A stretch of DNA of 64,000 bases, taken from NCBI RefSeq assembly GCF_963921235.1, contig NC_086108.1:73906001-73970000 (forward strand), read 5' to 3'. Made by a program: the position numbers and the translations under genes. The stretch is from Mobula hypostoma. Taxonomy: Eukaryota. The notes below the pieces were generated by a model, which had not been told where the DNA came from, did not search any database, and saw nothing but the letters and a program-made list of their open reading frames with translations. Positions 1 to 12,029 of this stretch are shown in pieces; position 1 is the stretch's first letter, and every line of letters begins with the position of its first letter.

Positions 1-610
1 AATGTCAAAGAGGATGATTATCCACCATCCACATTACATTAACCTTCACAGGAGTTCAATTTAAAGGTCAGTAATTCAATCCTATAAACTATTTTATCCA
101 TTATATTCATGTAATACGACTTGCATTATACAGCATACATTCGAAGCAATACTTCATCTTATTGCTGTTGGCTACTTCTTTGAAAATTGGCCTTCCAAGC
201 AGAGCTACAACAGGGCTGTTATTTAAAACTAGTTTTCCGAAATACTAGTGGCATATGACCTAGACTAAGACCACTAGTACGCTGTAACTAAATCAGATGT
301 AATGTTCATGATTTTTAACTGTGGAGCATCAGCTAAATAATAATATTGCACCCTATTATATTATGGCAGTCCACTAAATTAGATGCAGAGGATATAAAGA
401 TATATTTATCTTGAAATGCTCAGGAACTTTCAACACTTCCTGTGAGATTTTATTGTACCGATACTGAACACTGTACAGTTGGTTAGTTTAGACCAGGGTT
501 CCCCAATTAGTTTTCCACAAGGGCCAAATTATGCCAAGCATGTCAAGCCAAAGGCCAAAATGTCCAGGGCTTTTTTTTCATTGCACCAGTAAGTTGTTTT
601 ATGGGCAGAT

Positions 611-686
611 GTTGTTGTTGCTGCTATTACCATTATTATTATTATTATTAGTAGTAGTAGTAGTAGTAGTAGTAGGAGTAGTAGTA
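611..686. repeat. Compound trinucleotide microsatellite (GTT/GCT/ATT/AGT)n inside the hAT element
   Basis: Read directly. It explains the poly-L/poly-I ORF 529-744. Confidence 0.95.
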
Positions 687-1108
687 ATTTAGGCCTGGGA
701 TTCTCAAAGCCTTTGTCGTGGGTCACACAAGAAAAAAAATGCACTCTTGAAACAAAATAAGTCCAAAACCAACCATTTAATTATGACTCTAGCTATCACA
801 ACTGTCAGCTGTCACATTGAGAACTCATCTGGGACTTAAAATACATGTGTACACAAACACACACACACATGCACTCTGTAAACATGGTAGTCTTCACCAC
901 TTCTCTTCCACACAAAGAGTTTTAGTAGTACTGCCTCTTCCACTGTTTCTGTTCTCTCATTTAATCTATTTGTTCTTTTTAATTGAGCTATGTAGCATTT
1001 GAAGTATGAAGTGTAGCTATAAATGAAATCATCAGTATTATTGTTGTAATATTATTATACCACAATAAGATTGACAAATGGACGAAAACAAATTGATTCA
1101 CTCACCAA

Positions 1109-2962
1109 TCAGTGAGAGAATTGACAGCGACAGGGTGAGGCAATCTTTCTGATGTCAGGCCTGTATTCTGTTGTGGCAATCCTGAGGCACTGGCCAAGAT
1201 GTGCATTGGAGAGTCTGTTTCTATCCTGGTTCTTGATAGAATTCATTGATGACTCACATATGTACGTGGAGGGGCAGTTTGAGTAGGAGCATTGCAATAG
1301 CTCTCGGGTTTTTGAATTGAGCTTGGGGAACCACATTGATACAAAAGTCACTCACCCCAACGTCCTTGTCTTGTGCTTTGAGCAAATCAGATGTTCCCAT
1401 TTCCATGACCTCCATCTGAAGAGTTGCCTCATCTATGGAAGGTACCAGCCTTTTGGCCTCTGCAGTCCACTGGCCAAGAGCCAAAATGGAGAACGGCTGT
1501 CTCAGGAAGAGAAGGATGTCACCTGAGAGTTCAGGGGAGCTTTCAAATCGTTCCCTGAAGTTTTCTGCCAGGCTCGTCACAAAATGGATCCTCCCGCATT
1601 TCGTTCTTCTCGCAATGCTCCCGCAGACGTGGAAAGTGCAACTTTCTCTCGTGAATGTTTCTCTCCAAAAGGTTCAGCTTTGACTGGAAAGCTTCAATCG
1701 CCTCATACATGTCCGCAGCTGTGTGGTTGTTGCCTTATAATTGCAGATTGAGTTGATTTAGATGAGATATGATGTCACACAAAAAAAAAGAACATATGCC
1801 ATCACGCTGTTGTCACTTAAAAACCTCTTAAATCCTTGGGCTTTCTGGCTCTGCAGGCTGGATAAAAATGACAAGCTCATCGCACAGGTCGCACACCCTC
1901 TCCAACACATGGCCTTTGCTCAGCCAGCGTACATCATTATGCTGCAAAAGACCTTTGTGTTCCGCTGACATTTCCTCCAGCAATGCTCTGAAAAGGCGAT
2001 GTTGCAGACTAGAACTCTCATGAACGAAATTTACCAGTCTCGTCACAGTATCCATCGCCTCTTGCATTTCCCCACACAGTTTAGCGCACAACACTGATTT
2101 GTGAATAATGCAATGAAATGCCAAGAGTGCTGGGTTAACAGGGGCAAACCTGCTTACCAAGCCCTTGTGTTGTCCCACCATCAACAGAGCCCCATTGGTG
2201 ACAACGGACACAATTTTGCTCACATCCAAACCATTCTTCTCAAACAACTGTGACAATTCATTAAAAATTATTTCCCCAGTTGTGCGCCCAGGCAGAGGAA
2301 GCAAACAAAATAGCTCTTCCCAAAATGTCTTCCCATCAAAAAATCCTGCGAGCACAGATAGCTCTTCCATATCAGTTCGGCCACAGGACCAGTCTATGGC
2401 TAGTGATATAGTTTCTGCTTTTTCCAAGTCGGTGAATAGATTGGAAAAACACTCCTCTGCTAAAACATCTACTCTTCTTGTTGCTGTGTTAGCCAACAAT
2501 GGCACCATCTTTAATAGCTCCACAACCATTAACTTGGTTTTCTCATTATTACTTAAAACTTCGCCAACCATATCAATTGCACACGTTTTAATCAACTCGG
2601 CATCAGCGAATGGCTTTTTAGCTTTGGCAAGATTTCATGACACATGCAATGACGCACCTGTTGCGCTCTCTTGTGCAGATGTTGACTTACAGATAGTAGA
2701 AATGGAGTGCTTGTATGATGTTATCATACTTGCAATGTTTTGTTTGCGTTGATCTGATTTTGCAGGTCGTTGGCATTAAAACTGGCAGCATGCACAGTGT
2801 TGAAGTGCCACTTTAGATTTTCTGATTTGCAGACAGCTACGGACTGCGTGCATATTAAGCATGTCAGTTCAGCATTGGCATGGTCCAAACAAACTGATCA
2901 GTCCAGTCAGATTTGAACTGACGGTTTTCCTGGTTGACTTTGCACTTTTTCGTGCAGGCCAC
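1109..2962 (-). pseudogene. hAT transposase pseudogene (GTF2IRD2/EPM2AIP1-like group), frameshifted
   Basis: N-terminal zinc-finger-like CLICTQSVAVCKSENLKWHF..H. ORF 1828-2595 has SLAID, FHCIIH and VRWLSKG. C-terminal STYICESSMNSIK..RNRLSNAHLGQCLRIATTEYRPDI is the hAT dimerisation region. Confidence 0.9.
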
Positions 2963-4639
2963 GTTGTTCTTGGTTTAGGGTCCGTGACTTACTGCTGGTA
3001 ACAATCCGCTTAGATGACTGAATCGCTTTTAGATGACAGATTCGCTTCTTAGATTACAGGTGGGTAGCTGGTGCGTGCTGCTGTCCAGTCGAGGACCATA
3101 CAGAGCGCGCAGCAAGTCGCGCGCTCTACAGGGACGTGGGTCAAGTGTACTGTTTTGGATGAGGTTAAAATAAATTAGAGCAACGTGCGCCTTATTTACA
3201 TGTTATGACAGGTGCATTCACGTAAGTGCCAATGGGTCGGCGCCGTCCAGACATTTGGACCTGGCCCGCGGTCCGCCTGTTGGGGTTGTCTAGCTTAGAC
3301 CATCTGTTTACCTCATGTAACATGGCTCATCACTTCAACATATGTGACCTCACCACTGTACAGTGCAGTAACAAAAAGAATACAGGGTGTTAGCTCTGCA
3401 CCTCCATGTTTGCAAACTTTCTGACAATTTAACACATGAAGCTCAAATGGTTCGGTGTTTTAAAGTTAGGAGTTTTGTGCAAGTGTTTCCCTTGTTAAAA
3501 GAAAGTTTTAAATCTAGGTAAATTTTTTAGCTCTTAAATATATAATCTAATTTTGCAACTTGTTTTTAATCTTAAAGAAATTTTATAGGTCTGGAAATTA
3601 TTGCATACAACACTTTTTGACCTCACACAAAGGAAGTTAATCTAACTGTACATAAACAGGCTCTTATTTAAAGGTCACATTGTCTGACAATACCAGTGCC
3701 ACACATTCCTGAACAATCACCTCATGTTTAACACCCCATCCTATCTTCTCCTTCGATATTACCCCTTTTCTCTAAAATTCCAAAACCCCAGACTCCAAGG
3801 TGGATATTTGCTTACACACCACCCCCACCAAGTACTCCCCAACATTCCACATACTAACAGGTTTCCTCTGCAAGCTCCACAATGGTCTGTGTCTATATTG
3901 TAAGGCCAATACTTCTTACGCATGGTACTTGAGATCTTGTACTCAACAGAATACTGTTGTTGGGTCCCATGCAAAATACTGGATGTGCCGAGAACCCACT
4001 TCACACATGCCTCATTGATAAAACAAAGAGTATCTGAACCAAGGTCTGTTATAATCATGGATGCAGGAATGGCTTGACCAATGGTGATGCAGCACCTCCT
4101 CCATGCATGTTGTACTTCATGTAAACTAATTGAGACAATATGAAATTGTAACATATTTTGGATTTCAGATGTCACAAATAGAAGTATAAAGCTAGAGTCT
4201 TTCTTTGCCATTGCGCCCAAGAGACTCTGCTGCTTTAAACAGAGTGCATTAAAAAGATATATGCAATGTTTTTAACACCATAATGCATATTTGCATGTAG
4301 AGGTACTTAATAATTCTATATAAAGCAAAGGTAAATATTTATCATATGGTGAGATCTGTACAATCTAGCAATTATATTAAACAGCAACATGAAACTTCAG
4401 TTAATTTTTGTTATTGCTCTTTGTTGGAAATCCTAAACAAAGGGAAGTTGTGAATCTTTAGAAAGTTTTCACTTTGAAACGTTTAGGGTGTTTTTGCAGC
4501 AGAAGATCATCATTCATTGTGAAATGCCATATAAAACAATTGTCTTGGAGATAATACAAAAGGTCAGAATAAAATCTTGAAGCAGAAGGGAGCAAGCAAG
4601 TGGACTTGAATATAGTAATAAATCAAGCCTCCTTCCCCT

Positions 4640-4810
4640 CCTCGTCAGTCATTCCTTTTGGTTAAGAATGACTTGCTTCCATTCCAGTTTTGTGAGTCCT
4701 AAGATGGCTGAAGAGTCCTATCTGGAAACTACACGCTGGGGCAGGCAGGTGAGTCATTTAGGAAGTTCTGAGCTCCTCCTGGAACTTGCTCATTCTGCTC
4801 AGTGTCTTCC
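4640..4810 (-). mobile_element. Possible old RTE-type LINE 3' remnant
   Basis: Resembles RTE 3' ends (aagaatgacttgcttccattcc...gatggctgaagagtcc). Highly degenerate. Confidence 0.3.
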
Positions 4811-6175
4811 CTGATGCAACTGCACTTTAGGTCATCATGCGCCTCAGAGTAGAGTACTTGTTTCAAGAGTCTGGAGTCAGCCAGGCACATTACAGACCCT
4901 GATTATAGACCTGACATAGCAGGATTAGAGACTCAATGCCCCAGGAACCAACACTGAATGATTCTGGAAGATTTTAAGGTGATGATGTTATTCATATTTT
5001 TCCAGATCTTTGGAGTTACCGACTGTGGTTCATCCACATTCCAAAATGAACATGATAGCTGAAAACAATGCAAGTGCTGGGCCTGAGACCCTGGTCTTTA
5101 AACATGCATTCACTCATTGGCTAAAAGCTGTCCTGAGACGATGCATTTGTCTACCTTTGCTGAGAGCCACATCTAAGATACAGAAAGTGATCTATATTTT
5201 CCACTATAACAATAATTGTAAGTACAGTTAAGATGTCAACAATGACTTGCAACTAAACCTTCATACATACACTTCTGCAAACATTAACTTTGTGCAATAA
5301 ATGGTGATGGTGATCTTGGTTCGAGAATGGAGGTCACAAAGATTATGAAAACAGGCAGTTGGGACCTGCTAGAAGGGCTCTTTGAAGACCTTCTCTGAAC
5401 AGTTCATATCTTTGAAGTAAGTGTCTTTGATTTTCTTCCACAATAGTGATACAAACTGGGATTTATTGCTCACCAGCAAGTGATTATTAAGGCAACCCAA
5501 CAATGAAAAAAAATTCCAGTATCTGGCTGACTAGACCCAACACTTACTGCACTGAGTATCCTACCCACAAGAAATCAAAGAACGGCCAGTGTGGTCAGTG
5601 GTCAAAGGGTTCCTCGATGAGTTCAGCTGTTTGCCATCTTAGAAATACAGATCCTATCCATTAAGGATACAACAGACTTGACCTTTATATTTTCACAAAT
5701 CCAAAGACAAGGAAGAGAGCAGCTCCAACTACTACACATGGCTTCCTTCAAATTTAAAAAAGCTTTAGTGCCAATAGCAAAATGAGAAAGCTCACTAGTA
5801 ATTAGTTTCAATATACATTAATTTTGTAATCGTGCATATTATCAGGAAGAGTAGTAGATAAGCTTATTACTGGTAAAAATCAATAAACAAAACACTAATC
5901 ACTGAAAGCAGCAAATGGCTGAACATCACTATAAAATTCTGCAAATTTTACAGAAATTCTTAGTTTATGAAAGAGAATACAAAATTAGAGAAGGGTTATT
6001 TTCAACTTGCATATTAAAGAATGGTTAAACCATGATAACATAGCTGATAAAGATTACAGACATAGAGGAGTATGGATAATATGGGTATGGTATAGTTTAT
6101 GGAGACTTAACCTGTGTATTTGATTGTAAGTGTGTTATCCAGCAAATGACACTTCAATAAATGAACAACACGTCT

Positions 6176-7835
6176 TCAAGTACAGGGAGAAGTCATTCCA
6201 TCCAGAGAGGACAACCCAGTTAGAAAATGGTTTAATGCAACAATGATAGACAGTGCCAACATCACCGACACTGTAAAGCAGACTGAAGAGTGGCTGAAGA
6301 AAATCAACAAAATTGAACCCACTGCTAAATTTAAGACATGGTTATACCAACATTGTCTTCTACCAAGGCTGCTCCAACTTTTCACGGTGTACAAGTTCCC
6401 CATGACCACTGTAGAAGACATCAAGAGGAAAGTTAACAAGTACCTGAGAAGGTGGCTGGGGATCCCCCACCCCCCAAGTTTTCCTTCAGTGGGGCTCTGC
6501 ATTATATCAGGCCAGCTACAGTTCCTGTTGTTATCGGTAGTGGAGGAGTTCAAGGTGGCAAAGTGTAGAGTTGTGTTAACACTGAGGGGCTCCGATGACA
6601 AGCTCATAAATCAAGTAGGAGTCACAACAAGATCGGGCTGAAAGTGGGCCGCCAACTCGGCCTTAGACCAGGCAGTGAGCAATCTGCAATTGAGAGACAT
6701 CACCGGCAACCCATGCCTGGGACGGCAAGGCCTTGGCTCCACACACTACCAACAATGGGGGAGTGCAAATGCAAGGGATGGACAGGACATGGTCCAGTCA
6801 GAGGTACGGAACCTTGAGGACAAAAGGCAGTTATTGAAGTGGAGTTGAGGGGTCACAGAGCGCCTGGACAAAATGGGATCTTCCCAAGTGCAAGATTAGT
6901 TGGGCAGAGCTTTGGAGACTGAAGCCCTTCCATATTTCTTTCCTCTGCAGTCTGTGTATGACACTCTCCCTACACTATTACAACTGCATGCATGGGGGCT
7001 GAGAGAGTATTCTAACCCCAAGTGTTGTCATTAGTGGGGTTCACTGGCACACATACTGTCAGGATGGATGCAAAACAATTTTAACACAAGGACGATATAG
7101 GTGGCGTCATGACAACGCCCTGCGTCCCCTGCAGACACACTGGAGCAGGAGAGGTATAAAAAGAGACCAGCTGGCAGAGAGACAAACAGGGCAGTCATTT
7201 TCATCAAGGAGAGGACCACGCCAGTCATATCAAAGAGGCTCAGATCCAATCTGCTGCAAACTGCCAAACCACGGGATATGAGGGTCGATGTGGGGAGGAA
7301 GATGCAGTTCCTGGAGGTGGTGCAAACCACAGTTTGACCAGATATCGTAGTGTGGTCCACCAAAGACAAAAAAAATCATCCTGGTGGAGCTGACAGTACC
7401 ATGGGAAGAAGGATGCGAGAAGGCTCACGAGAAGAAGGGGTTGAAGTACCAGTCCCTAGTCCAGGACTGCAGGGACAAAGGATGGTGGACGTGGCTATTC
7501 CCTGTAGAGATCGACCACAGAAGGTTCCCAACAAAGTCAGGATGGAGGTTGCCAGCTGCGCTGGACCTTGATGAAAAAAGCAAGAACCATGCTGCTCTCA
7601 GGATGGGTGAGGAAGCAGAAAGAGCCTCTTGCTGAATATGGAGCAGGTAAGACAAGTTGAGCTGGAAGTCAGGAGCAGATAGGCAGTGACTTGGCCACCA
7701 CTGCTGACCTGCCAGCTAGAGAGTGTAGAGGTTAAGGGTTGAAACACTATGAATGTTGGGCAGCACCTGACGACATCTGCCTCTGGCCAAAGGCTACATC
7801 AGGTAACTGAAGAAGCACCCGAATGTATGATGCAA
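6176..7835 (+). mobile_element. 5'-truncated non-LTR retrotransposon with restriction-like endonuclease (HERO-like, R2 group)
   Basis: RT thumb (KFKTWLYQHCLLPRL, YLRRWLGIP), YDTLP, decayed zinc knuckle (AHILSG), GRYRWRHD, and RLE motif PDIVVWS..IILVELTVPWEE..LKYQSL..PVEI. Many stops and frameshifts. Confidence 0.9.
7675..7780 (+). ncRNA. Putative permuted/pseudoknotted hammerhead-like RNA, HERO 3' end, copy 1 (decayed)
   Basis: AGTG-TA (7722-7727) pairs with GAAA-CACT (7741-7748). GACCT (7706-7710)/GGGTT (7736-7740). CTGACGA at 7767-7773. Closing stem GCAGAT/ATCTGC. Same order as copy 2; stem I is only 3/5 paired. Confidence 0.55.
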
Positions 7836-8517
7836 GCAAACAGAACACACAGGTTCAAATCCTACCATCACAGCTAGGCATTTAAATTTTAATTATGGGA
7901 AACAAGTTGTGAATCAGTTATAAAATATTAGTGCATTCATTTATTGCTCTATCTCTTCACTCTCAAATACATTAAAACTGTTGGACTTGAAATTGGTGGC
8001 ACCTTAAACTACTATCTGTCACCTAAATCTTGTTGAGTTTGCTCAGATTCAAAGTCCTGTCCTCCAATAGTCATCAGAATTCTCATAAATATTTGGTTCA
8101 CTGAAAACCTTGCTAAACTTCTAGTCAACTCTTGATTTTTGCACTGCTAATGCTTTGTTGCTCATTAAAATGAATGTATGCTATTGGATTATAAGACAGT
8201 AAGATTTAAAGGATTTACCTGATATTTCAACAATTGAAAGAATGTATTCAAGTCACATCACTGAAAAACAAGTTATCTCAACAGCTGTGATATACTGATA
8301 ACTAGTTTTTTTTTGTGATGAACTCACTCAAATGCTGATTATCACAATCTGAATTTTCCAAATTCAAGTCAACAACCATGGCACAGAAAGAAGGTTATGA
8401 AATTGGCTTCAAAAACAAGGTTTTTGCTTGTCATGCTGATACGAGTGGCCTGTTCAGACTTACAGAATCTGCCATATAAGATCTAAAACTGCTGATCTAT
8501 GTATTCCAAGCTACTGA

Positions 8518-8520
<3 letters not shown>

Positions 8521-8556
<36 letters not shown>
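8521..8556. repeat. (TA)18 microsatellite
   Basis: Read directly. Confidence 0.98.
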
Positions 8557-8558
<2 letters not shown>

Positions 8559-8892
8559 AGTACCAACCTTGCTAGAGTCTAATTGCATTTCCTTCCCTTG
8601 AATTAATTTTCCATGCAATATGTGCACCTCCAATCTAGTTAAATGTTAGAGGTCATCCAAACACCACAAAAATTGTCTGCCAATGTCAAAATGCTGTGTT
8701 CTCACTGAAGCATAAAAGTGATCAAGCTCCTTTCATCTTGCTAGTCAGAAATTTTCCTGTTTCATACTACTTTTACCTTTGCACAGAGGAATTATTTTTC
8801 TGACAATTTCACAACAATTGCAGTTTTCTTTCCACCTTTGCACTTGAGCAAAGTATTATATATTTGGATAAACTATTTCTGAAAGCACAATC

Positions 8893-9402
8893 AAATCAGA
8901 ATCAGGTTTATTATCATCAGCATGTGCTGTGAAATTTGTTAACTTAGCAGTAGCAGTTCAATGCAATACATAATATGGAAGAAAAAAATAATAATAATTA
9001 AATAACTAAATCAATTACAGTATACATATATTGAATAGATTAAAAATCATGCAAAAAAATGGAAATAATATATATAAAAAAGTGAAGTCGTGTTCACGGG
9101 TTCAATGTCCATTTTAGGAATCAGATGGCGGAGGGGAAGAAGCTGTTCCTGAATCGCTGAGTATGTGCCTTCAGGCTTCTGTACCTCCTGCCTGATGGTA
9201 ACAATGAGAAAAGTGCATGCCCTGGGTGCTGGAGGTCCTTAATAATGTATGTGGCCTTTCTGAGACATTACTCCTTGAAGATGTCCTGGATACTTTGTAG
9301 GCTAGTACCCAAGATGGAGCAGGCTAAATTTACAACCCTCTGCAGCTTCTTTCGGTCCTGTGCAGTATCCCCTCCATACCAGACAGTGATGCAGCCGGTC
9401 AG
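8893..9402 (-). mobile_element. Rex1/Babar-type LINE 3' fragment
   Basis: Reverse complement of the 3' end of the element at 36299-39395, including the (GATTCT)n-type tail. Confidence 0.9.
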
Positions 9403-10034
9403 CTACACTGATGAATGTGGCCATATTGGATATAAAAAGTTACTTCTTTCCCTCACTCCTCCCACACCACCACCATCACCTAAAGGGCATTAATGAACCA
9501 AAAAGGTTTTGAACAAAAATCCAAAATTTCATCGTCATTATTGCTGATACTGTACTAGTTTCCACTCCAAAATTTATTTAACTTTTAATAAAAAATTAAA
9601 TTTCCATCCACTACAGTAGGATTTAAACAAATATATTCAGCTATATATTTTGTTTATAGGTGATTTTGATTTGTCATCTATAGTTTTGTTTCAATTAATA
9701 AATTATGAATGAGTGTGGAATCCTTTTAGCATCAATCGTAGTTTAAGCTTGCCAGTGAGGTATGATGGAAAATATATTGAAAAATGTCAAGCTTCATTTT
9801 ATACCAAACCTTCAACCACATATTCAACTCTCTAACCTTATTGAAAGATGATTTCAGGACTGAGTCAGTCACTTTCTGCTAATCCAAAAGGTTTTGAAAT
9901 ATATTATTTGGAATAAAGGAACAACTCTTGGTTTGAGAATGTGACAACCAAAATGGACAAGCCATTCCACACCCAAATCCGGATAAAAATCAGCATAATG
10001 TTTGGAAGAGTTGCTGATTTCCAGCTTTAAGGAA

Positions 10035-10270
10035 CTTAATTCAATCCTGCCTTCTGCTGTAATATGAACCTTCTCATAGCCTGATGGGCTTCTTCTGGGT
10101 ATTATGGCTTTCTCTCACATCTCAAAGGTGTGTGGGTTTGTGGGTTAATTTCCCCTAGTGTGTAGGTAGGCCGGAATTTGAAAAAAGCTGATGAAAATGT
10201 GGGAAGGGTAAAATAGCTTAGTATAGAATAAGTATATTTAACAGCCAGCATGGATGGGTTTCCATGCTAC
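10035..10270 (+). mobile_element. Degenerate V-SINE (HE1-like)
   Basis: V-domain-like gggcttcttctgggtattatggctttctctcacatctcaaagg. Confidence 0.45.
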
Positions 10271-11614
10271 AAAGATTTGCATTACTGGATAACCCACCTT
10301 CTATGCAAATATTCCAAGTGTGATATTTTTACATCATGAAAACAGATAGGAACGGTAGATCACAAATTGAGCCAAAGGCGTATAGCTTGCCACCCAAAGT
10401 TAGCAATTTTAAGGACTGAACAAAAAAAAACTCGAGGTTACTAACACCAACCTCAGTGATATTATTGTCAATATATAATTGGGACAAAAATCATAATATG
10501 ATGACAGAATTTGTAATAGAATTCAATCAAACATTTTCATTTTAATTGCAACATCTATACCACTTAAAGAGGTTTAGTAGGATCAATCTATATGCTCTGC
10601 AAGAACAGCCCATTTTTCCAAGGTTATTATAGAAAAGAGTGGTGATTCAAGAACATCGTTCTCAACTATAAACCAACTGTTGAACCTTGCCCCAACCTAG
10701 AAGTCCTCAGTCAAGTATCTACCACACCACAAAATGTGAGGAATTCACGATTTTTTTTTAATCAGTTACTTTCATTTGGGAGAGTATACCTACAGATACC
10801 AGTAACCTCTATAGCTAACCTCATAAACATGAAGCAACTACATCAAAATTTACAAGCATTTCCGATTCAGAACTCCACAAGTTTGTAACAACGTCTACTA
10901 CTAGCTGACTTGATCCTGTGCCTACCACACTTCTTTAGGACTTTTTTTAAATAGTGCTGTCAATTCTGTTAGAAAAATTACCACTACATCCTTCGAAACA
11001 GTTCTTTTTCCACAGCCTTCAAAACAGCAGCTGTCAAACCCCCCTACTTAGAAAAGCCAAACCTTCATAGTGAGGTACTAGCTAACTACAGGCCTTTATC
11101 AAATCTTCCCTTCCTGGGCAAAATTCTGAATGAGGATAATATTTTAGAAAAGTTTAGAAAATTTAGTCAGCTTTTAGAGCAACGGACACAGCTGTTATTA
11201 AAATAGTCAGTGTACTTTGGCTCAGCACTGATGCCAACAAGGTCTCAGCCATAATTTTCCTAGAAATAATGGCAGTCTTTGACAGAATTAACAACAACAT
11301 TATCCCAGATTGTCTTGAGAATGGGATTGGCCTCTTTGCCAGTGCCCTCAATTAGATTCACTCATATCTGAGAGATTTTTTTTGGCTGTCTTGCAGACTA
11401 CTTTTCTAAGATACAATGCATCTTTTGGTACTCTGAGAAGCTGTCTTGGTCTGCTACTCTTATTGCTACACGTTCCCCTTAGGAGATATCATTACAGAGC
11501 ATAAACTTGATTTCCACAGTTATACAGATGACACACAATCGTACATCTTGGTTGAGCCTGATGATGATAACACCCATCTTCTCTGAAATCTGAAATGGCT
11601 GCAATGAACAAACA

Positions 11615-11820
11615 AGACCAGAAGAACATAAAGTACATGAACAGAATTAGACCATTTGGCCCAGAGTCTGCTCCATCATTTCATCATGTTCAACCCATTT
11701 TCCTTCACAGCCCCAATCTCCTGCTTTCTCCCTATTTCCCTTCATGCCTGATTAATCAGGAATCTATCAACCTTAAATATACTCAATGACCTAGAATCCA
11801 CAGCCACCTGAGGCAACAGA
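11615..11820 (-). mobile_element. CR1 LINE 3' end fragment
   Basis: Matches the CR1 3' UTRs elsewhere in the window (agaattagaccatttggccc...tctgctccatcatt). Confidence 0.7.
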
Positions 11821-12029
11821 TAAACAATGGATGAACAGTAATTTCCTAAAGCTAAATAAAGATACAACTAAAATACTTTTAGATGGTCCCAAAGCCAAAA
11901 GAGATAAACTTCTTGATAAACTTGGGAACTTGGCTCCCTTTATAAAATCAGAAGTAACAACCTTGGGTATTAGCCTTGATTCAGATTTGAACTTTAAATC
12001 TCACCTAAAGCTAATTTAGGTCATTTAAA

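Larger units (their letters stand above)
494..3292 (-). mobile_element. hAT DNA transposon (Charlie/Buster-like), near full length, decayed
   Basis: Left end CAGGGTTCCCCAA (494), degenerate right end TTGGGGTTGTCTA (3280-3292). 8-bp TSD gtttagac (486-493) / gcttagac (3293-3300). Encloses a transposase pseudogene. Confidence 0.85.

Noticed and set aside
529..744. ORF with a long hydrophobic Leu/Ile run resembling a membrane peptide
   Set aside because: It is the translation of a trinucleotide microsatellite.
2165..2752. 195-aa plus-strand ORF
   Set aside because: Antisense shadow of the hAT transposase.
1109..2962. Host gene GTF2IRD2/EPM2AIP1/ZBED
   Set aside because: Frameshifts and stops plus flanking TIRs and TSD show a decayed transposon.
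3930..3970. Short hairpin caacag-aata-ctgttg as a possible pre-miRNA
   Set aside because: The stem is too short and matches no miRNA I recognise.
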